From the human T2T-CHM13v2.0 reference genome, Homo sapiens: 64,000 nucleotides of DNA. Under the pieces are notes generated by a model. That model was not told the DNA's origin. It saw nothing but the letters and a program-made list of their open reading frames with translations, and did no database searches. Positions 56,944-64,000 of the stretch are shown piece by piece; position 1 is the stretch's first letter, and each line of letters starts with the position of its first letter. The DNA lies in the NCBI RefSeq assembly GCF_009914755.1, contig NC_060947.1. One strand, written 5' to 3'. Position numbers and translations under genes: made by a program.

Positions 56944-59318
56944 CAGAATTATGCCTCCTTTTATTTCACTTCACATTATTGTGCTTAGCAGATATTGTGT
57001 TTTTTTACAAATTGAAGGTTTGTGGCAACCCTGCATTGAACAAGTCTATCAGCACGATTTTTCCAACAGCGTGTTCACTTCGTGTCTCTGTCAAATTTTG
57101 GTAATTCTTGCAATATTTCAATTTTTTCATTATTATTATACCTGTTATGGTGATGTGTAATCAGGGATCTTTGGTGTTACTATTATAATTCTTTTGGGGT
57201 GCCACAAACCACTCTTATGTGACAGTGAGCTAAATGAGTAAATGTTGTGCTGTTCTGACTAATCTACTGACCAGCAGTTCCCTTTCTCTATCCCTTTCTT
57301 TGGGACTCCCTATGCCCTGAGGTACAACAATATTGAAATTAGTCAATTAATAACACTACCATGGCCTCTAAATGTTCAAATGAAAGGAATAATCACACGC
57401 ATCTCTTAATTTAAATCGAAAGCTAGAAATAATTAAGTTTAGTGTGGAAGACATATCAAAAGCTGAAAAAGGCTGAAAGCTAGGCCTCTTGCACCAAACA
57501 GCTAAGTTATGAATGCAGCAAAAAGTTCTTAAGGGAAATTTAAAATGCTACTCCAGCGAACACACAAATGATAAGAAAGCAAAACAGCTTTATAGCTGAT
57601 ATGAAAAAACTTTTGGTGGTCTGGATAGAGGATCAAACCAGCCATAACATTCACTTAAGCCAAAGCCTAATCCAGAGTGAGCCCCTCTCTTCAGTTCTAT
57701 GAATGCTGAGAGAGGTGAGAAAGATATAGAAGACAAGTTTGAAGTTAGCAGAGGTTGGATCATAATGTTTAAGGAAAGAAGCCATCCCCATGACATAAAA
57801 GTGAAAGGTGAAGCAGCAAGTGCTGATTTAGAAGCTGCACAAGTTATCCAGAAGATCTAGCTAAGATAATTGATAAAGGGGCTACACTAAACAACAAATT
57901 TTCAATGTAGATGAAATAGTCTTATATTGGAAGAGATGCCATGTAGCTATGTAGCTAGAGAGGAGAAGTCAATGTTTAGCTTCAAAGATCAAGCTGACTC
58001 TCTTGTTACAGGCTAATGCAGCTGATGATTTTAAGTTTAAGCCAATGCTCACTGGCCATTCTGCAAATACTAGGGCCCTTAAGAATTATGTTAAATCTAC
58101 TCTGCCTATTATCTATAAATTGAACAGCAAAGTCTATATGAAAACACACCTGTTTACAGCATGGTTTACTGAATGTTTTAAACCTATTGTTGAGACTTAC
58201 TGCTCAGAAGATTCCTTTCAAAATATTTCTGCCCATTGACAATGCACCTTGTCACCTAAGAGCTCTGATGGAGATGTATAAAAAGATTAATGTTGTCATC
58301 ATGACTGCTAACATAACATTCATTCTGCAGCCCCTGAATCAAGGAGTAATTTTGATTTTCAATTCTTATTGTTTAAGAAATACGTTTTGTAAGGCTATAG
58401 CTGACATAAATATTAATTTCTCTGATGGACCTGGGAAAATATATTGAAAACTTTCTGGAAAGGATTCACCATTCTAGATGCCATTAACAGCATTCTTGAT
58501 CCATGGGAGTAGGTCAAAATACCAACATTAACAGGAGTTTGGAAAAAGTTGATTCTGACCCTCACGGGTGACTTTGAAGGGTTCAAGACTTCAGTGGAAC
58601 AAGTAATTGAAGGTGTGGTAGAAATAGCAAGAAAACTAGAATTAGAAATGAAGTCTGAAGATGTGACTGAATTGCTGCAATCTCATAATAAAAGTTTAAT
58701 AGATAAGAAGTTACCTTTTATGGATGAGCAAAGAAAGTGGTTTCTTGAGATGGAATCTACTTCTGGTGAAGATGCCATGAACATTGTTGAAATGACAACA
58801 AAGAATTTAGAACATTATGTAAACTTAGTTGATAAAGTGGTGGCAAGGTAATATGATTACCTCCAAATTAGAAAGAAGTTCTACTGTGGGTAAAATGCCA
58901 TCAAACAGCATTACATGCTACAGAGAAATTTTTTCTGAAAGGAAGAGTCAATTGATGTGGCAAACTTCATAGTTGTCTTATTTTAAGAAATTGACACAGC
59001 CACCCCAGCCTTCAGTAACCATTAGCCTGATCAGTCAGCAGCCATCAACCTCCACACAAGACCTTCCACCATTAAAAAGTTATGACTTGCTGAAGGCTCA
59101 GATGACTGTTAGCATTTTTTAGTTACAAAGTATTTTTAAATTATGGGATGTACATTGTTTTTCTAAACATCAGGTTATTGCACTCTTAATAGACTACAGT
59201 ATAGTGTAAACATTACTTTTATATATACTGGGAAACCAAAAAATTCATGTGACTTGACTTATTGCAATATTTGCTTTATTGTGGTAGTCTGGAACCAAAC
59301 CTGCAATATCTCTAAAAT
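56944..59318 (+). mobile_element. Near full-length Tigger1 DNA transposon with disrupted transposase
   Basis: TTTTTTACAAATTGAAGGTTTGTGGCAACCCTGC at the 5' end and GTCTGGAACCAAACCTGCAATATCTC at the 3' end. ORFs 58003, 58187 (IDNAPCH...[10 protein letters not shown]) and 58549 are pogo DDE fragments. Confidence 0.93.
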
Positions 59319-59321
59319 AGG

Positions 59322-59323
59322 AG

Positions 59324-59361
<38 letters not shown>
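59322..59361. repeat. (TA)n(TG)n microsatellite
   Basis: Direct dinucleotide runs. Confidence 0.9.
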
Positions 59362-59419
59362 CCTCTTCTCTGGTTCTCTGGAAAACTGGCTAACACAGAA
59401 AAGGGAAAGCACTATTTTT

Positions 59420-59575
59420 GGTGTTAGACACAACTGAGGTCAAATCCCAACACCATCAATTAATATCTATGTAATCTGAAGTAAATTATTTAACTTTCCA
59501 AAGACTCAGTTTCCTCATATCTAAAATTGGATAACACTATCTCTCCCAAGGCTTTTATGAGGATTGAGAAATTAG
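59420..59575 (+). mobile_element. MIR
   Basis: AAGTAAATTATTTAACTTTCC...CTCAGTTTCCTCATATCTAAAAT...TGAGGATT. Confidence 0.7.
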
Positions 59576-60310
59576 CAGAGGTCTCTTCCCTCCTTTATTG
59601 ACTATTTCTTTTCCTCAGCTGCCAATCAGCATCTTAAAGATTTTTGGGGGATTTGAAAATGTAAGTTAGTATATTTCTAATTTGAATTAAAAATCCAAAG
59701 CCCCTCCTTCCCACTAAGCCTCCATAACTCCTTCCTGAGTCACATGGGCTTTGATCTATAGAATGACCTTCTAGACCTTAGATAGATCTGAGGCACGCTC
59801 ATTAATGCCCCAGTTAGTCCTATGATTATTTCACCTCCTTTGCTCTTCTGAGCATCTTCCAATGAATACACTTGTGATGGTCACATCTAGGAGTGCCTCT
59901 CACATTTCTATTGAAGATATATATTTATTACAATTATCTGGCAGATGCCCATAAAGTGTCTTGAGCAAGGAGTGTCTTTTCCAAATAACATAAAGGCTCC
60001 ATATAGGCTGGAGATGGCCCTGTACCTTCCCGATTCCCAGCTTGCTTTAGGCACTGGGCACACTCTTTATAGATAGAGATTGAGATCCAGAAAGAGTATT
60101 ACTTGTCCAAAGTCACATAGTCAATAAATGGAAAAAGCCAAGATAGCCATGGAGGCCTGTGAGACTCCTTAGCCTATGCAAAGATGGCATATTTTCATTA
60201 CTGAAAACTTTTCTAATACCCAAAGCCCCCAAAACCCAGGGTTGAGTTGGTATTTTGGAATGCAGCTTTTCACTGGGTGTGCTATGCTGCTGAAGGTGGA
60301 GCAAAGGGAG

Positions 60311-60997
<687 letters not shown>

Positions 60998-61243
60998 GGC
61001 TAAGTCCCCTCCCCACTATGTCACAGTAGGAGTAGCCTACCTACTTAGCTGCCTATGCTTTATTCCCAGAGCTCAAATCCATTTAAAGGATCTTTAGACC
61101 CATTTCTTAAGATATTTTGTGATTTCTTCCTCACTTAAGGAAAAATAACATGATTTCTTGCTGAATATAAATATACCTTGGACAGTCAAGAGTCTAAGGT
61201 TAATTTCCAATTAAGTGTGAAATCAGCCAGTAGGAGGGTAGTG

Positions 61244-62106
61244 CTTCTGTCTCCTACAGGACCTACACACCCCCTCACTGAGTACCTTTGAAGTAACTCC
61301 CATAGCACAATTGTAATGACAGCAGGAGTACAAAATGTAGGAGAAAAAGAGGGTAAGAGTGTGGAAGAGATAGCCGCTCCCCAGGATAGCAAATGAGTTC
61401 TCAGGAGGGTGAAGGCTCCCAAGCCACACTACCAGGACCTGAACTATCATAAAAAGAAGGAACACTTCTCAGACCTCAAAATATAAGCATCTTCCAGGCC
61501 TCACTGTCGGCAAATGCACAGAGCAAAGTAGCTGGGCCTGGGTTTTGGCATTAAACTCCCACATGAAAAGAAGAACAACGATGGAGGGAACTGGCCCAGG
61601 TATAGGAACAGCTTAGATAGGGTGGTGGGGGCAGGATGGCTAGTCACAGGGCCAAGGGACATGACATTTTCCAGTCAGACAGGTTATATCATATTGAGGA
61701 ATTTAAGAATCAAGTTGTGGATAACATTTGGAAAGATCTTCTTTGGTAGAGTTCAATCCACCAGTCCTGAGTGGATAAAGAGAAGATTCCATTCCTGGAT
61801 AGCAGATAAGGCAGTTGCTATCACTACCACAGTGGCTGCTGTTGCTGCCACCTACTACTACTACTACTACCACCACTACTGGTTAGTATTGAGTAGTTAT
61901 TAAAGGCCAACCATGGTTATTTGGGTGAAGTAATTTGCCCATATTGATATAGCTCCCAGGTATATCAATATCAGCTGTCTCTCCCACACTCCCTTACCCT
62001 CCTTTCCTCCTACATTTTGTACTCCTGCTGTCATTACAACTGTGCTATGGGAGTTCCTTCAAAGGCACTCAGTGAGGGGGTGGGTTGGTCCTGCAGGAGA
62101 CAGAAG
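61244..62106. repeat. Inverted repeat with about 131-bp arms (61244-61374 and 61974-62106) and a 600-bp spacer
   Basis: Manual alignment of arm 1 to the reverse complement of arm 2 shows about 10 substitutions and one 2-bp indel. Confidence 0.92.
61851..61880. repeat. (CTA)n microsatellite
   Basis: cctactactactactactaccaccactact. Confidence 0.85.
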
Positions 62107-62799
62107 AGAGAAGCAATATCCTGCTGGGAATTGTAATAAATTTACACATTCTGTCTCTAGGTCCCTTGTTCTTAAACCATGGAAATCCACAGTAATATGA
62201 GGAATAAGAGCAGAAGTTATAACCTGTGGACTGAGGCAAAAATGAATATAATAATGCTGCTCAAGTTCCTTCCAAAGAGGTTAGAGGCCAAGGTCTGATT
62301 GGCAGTGGCTAGTAATACACAGGGAGCAATAGAGGTACTCAGTCTCTATTAAGTCCTTCTGGATCTCAAGCCCACAAGAAGACATAATTCTGACTCCCAC
62401 AGGATGATAGTAGGGGTGGGAAAGAGGTGAGGGACAGTCAGGACTGAGGTTGTCCATACTCACATCCTGATGGCTCTGGGAACTACAGTAGGATGGCACC
62501 TGCCAGCATCATGGGACCTGTATGAGAGTAGCTGAGGAAGCAGAAGCTGCAGTAATAAATCCAAGGCTGACAAGACTAGTGGAAAGTCAGTTCCCACAGG
62601 CTTGCCAAGAACTAGGAAACAGCAGGTATAGAAAAAAAACTACTGTGTAGCTCTGTTCTCCAGGACCAGAAAAGTCATCTTTTGAAGTCTTACTTCTAGG
62701 TACCTTTTTTGGGCATTCTAAGAGCCTAGGTATGCTGAGAGCCTGGGTATTCAGACTTTATAGAAGTTCAGAGAAATGCACACCAGAATAGAGAAATTC

Positions 62800-64000
62800 T
62801 GAGAGAGTTTCAAGATGGCTAACTAGAGGCACAGGACACCTGCCTCCTCCAAAAAGAAGAACCAAAATAGTGAGTTGATAATCAGATTCACACCTTGAAT
62901 CGAATATCTAAGAGAAAATGCTGGAATTAAGCAGAGAAGTACCATATAACACCTGGGGCACTGATGAAGAAGGAGGCAAGGCAGATGGCCTGGTTAGGAT
63001 AAACCAGGATCCTAGAGAGTGCCCCAGGCACAAGGGTGAGGGAGCCAGTGCCAGGAAATGGTAAGTGAGAGATCCCCAGTGGTCCACACTCACACGATGA
63101 CTCCTGCAATCCTGAGCACAGACGAGTAACTCGACCCTTATGGGCCCTGGGACTGGAATAGGGAGTTCCCTGAAGCCCAAATGACATCTCCTTATATCCA
63201 CCCAGAGGGCTGCAGCAGCACAATTAAGGATGAACCCATTGGGGCAGCAGGGTCCCCAGCACTCTAGCCCACATGCCATCCTGTACACTAGGAAAAGGGT
63301 GATGCAATACACTGGGGAGACTGCCCCTGGGACAAAGGGAGCCAAAGCACACACTCCCCAGAGCCTGAAACCCACCTGCCTGGGACCACTATCACTGACA
63401 GTAACCTGGCACCAACCAGCAACTGAATCACAGTACATTTGTATGTGTCCTGAGGGCAGGCTATCCCTTCCCCTGCTGCTGTCACTGCTGGTGGCAAGTG
63501 ACACCCAGATGTCACCCAGATGTGTGCCCCCCAGAGCTAGAGAGCCTTCTGCCCAGGGTGGCTGCAGCAGACAGCAACCCTATTCCCTCAGCAGCAGTAC
63601 TACCACACACTTGCATGCACCCTGAGGATAGATTTTACTCACCAAATGCCATCACTGCCGCCTCCATCTAAGCACACCTCCCAAGGTCTGGAGATTGCCC
63701 CATCCTGCTCACCACAGCCTGCACCTATGCACACCCCCAAGGGGTATGAAAACAGGCCTGCCCCACCTGGCACTCTCCCCCTCCCCAAGTGCCTGAGTTC
63801 ATCAACTTGGGTTCTGGGGATCACTCCACCACCTCAATCTTCTGGGAAGGCATGCACTCCACAATGGGAGCCTAATAACAGGGCCAGAAAACCTGCTGCT
63901 GGTACCCGAGCATGCTGTCCAGAGGCCTGGGGATTGTTCTGCCTTATCCACCACCACTGGGATCTGCACAATCTTCCTGTGGGCCCAAGGATGGACTGGT
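62800..64000 (+). mobile_element. Old LINE-1 5' UTR (L1M2/L1MA-type) running off the window end
   Basis: GAGTTTCAAGATGGCTAACTAGAGGC...CTGCCTCCTCCAAAAAGAAGAACCAAAATAGTGAG is an L1M 5' start, followed by GC-richer UTR repeats. Confidence 0.7.

Larger units (their letters stand above)
56368..59397 (+). mobile_element. MLT2 (MLT2B-like) LTR split by Tigger1; LTR parts about 56368-56820 and 59320-59397
   Basis: TGTGATGGTTAATTTTATG...GGGTGTGTCTGTGAGGGTGTTTCCAGATGAGATT start. Terminal TGGTTCTCTGGAAAACTGGCTAACACA after the transposon. Confidence 0.85.

Noticed and set aside
56944-59318. Domesticated Tigger transposase gene (TIGD-like)
   Set aside because: The transposase is broken into several short frames by stops and frameshifts.
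62908-63625. 198-aa and 131-aa ORFs
   Set aside because: They lie in a GC-richer old L1 5' UTR where stops are rarer, and no domain is recognisable.

Overview
This is primate (human-like) genomic DNA with no recognisable host protein-coding exon, RNA gene or CpG island. By hand mapping, about 55-60% is LINE-1 of many ages. The rest is LTR/ERV, Alu, L2, MIR, Tigger1 and Charlie1 remnants plus short unique islands in the last 12 kb. Nearly all ORFs in the supplied track are L1 ORF1/ORF2, Tigger1 transposase or Alu read-through fragments. The main organising structure is an old class-I (MER4-group-like) provirus. Its two LTRs (about 10317-10810 and 38019-38434) split one L2 3' end and are now about 28 kb apart because of nested insertions, with gag-, integrase- and env-TM-like remnants in colinear order. 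Fine-scale reading also shows a twin-primed L1PA with a perfect 28-bp fold-back hairpin at its inversion junction, an inverted L1 carrying a probable 3' transduction, a target site apparently reused by several L1s, and two inverted copies of nearby non-repeat DNA inserted into old repeats. I see no evidence for a new gene system. Repeat subfamily names come from recalled consensus sequences and need RepeatMasker/Dfam confirmation.
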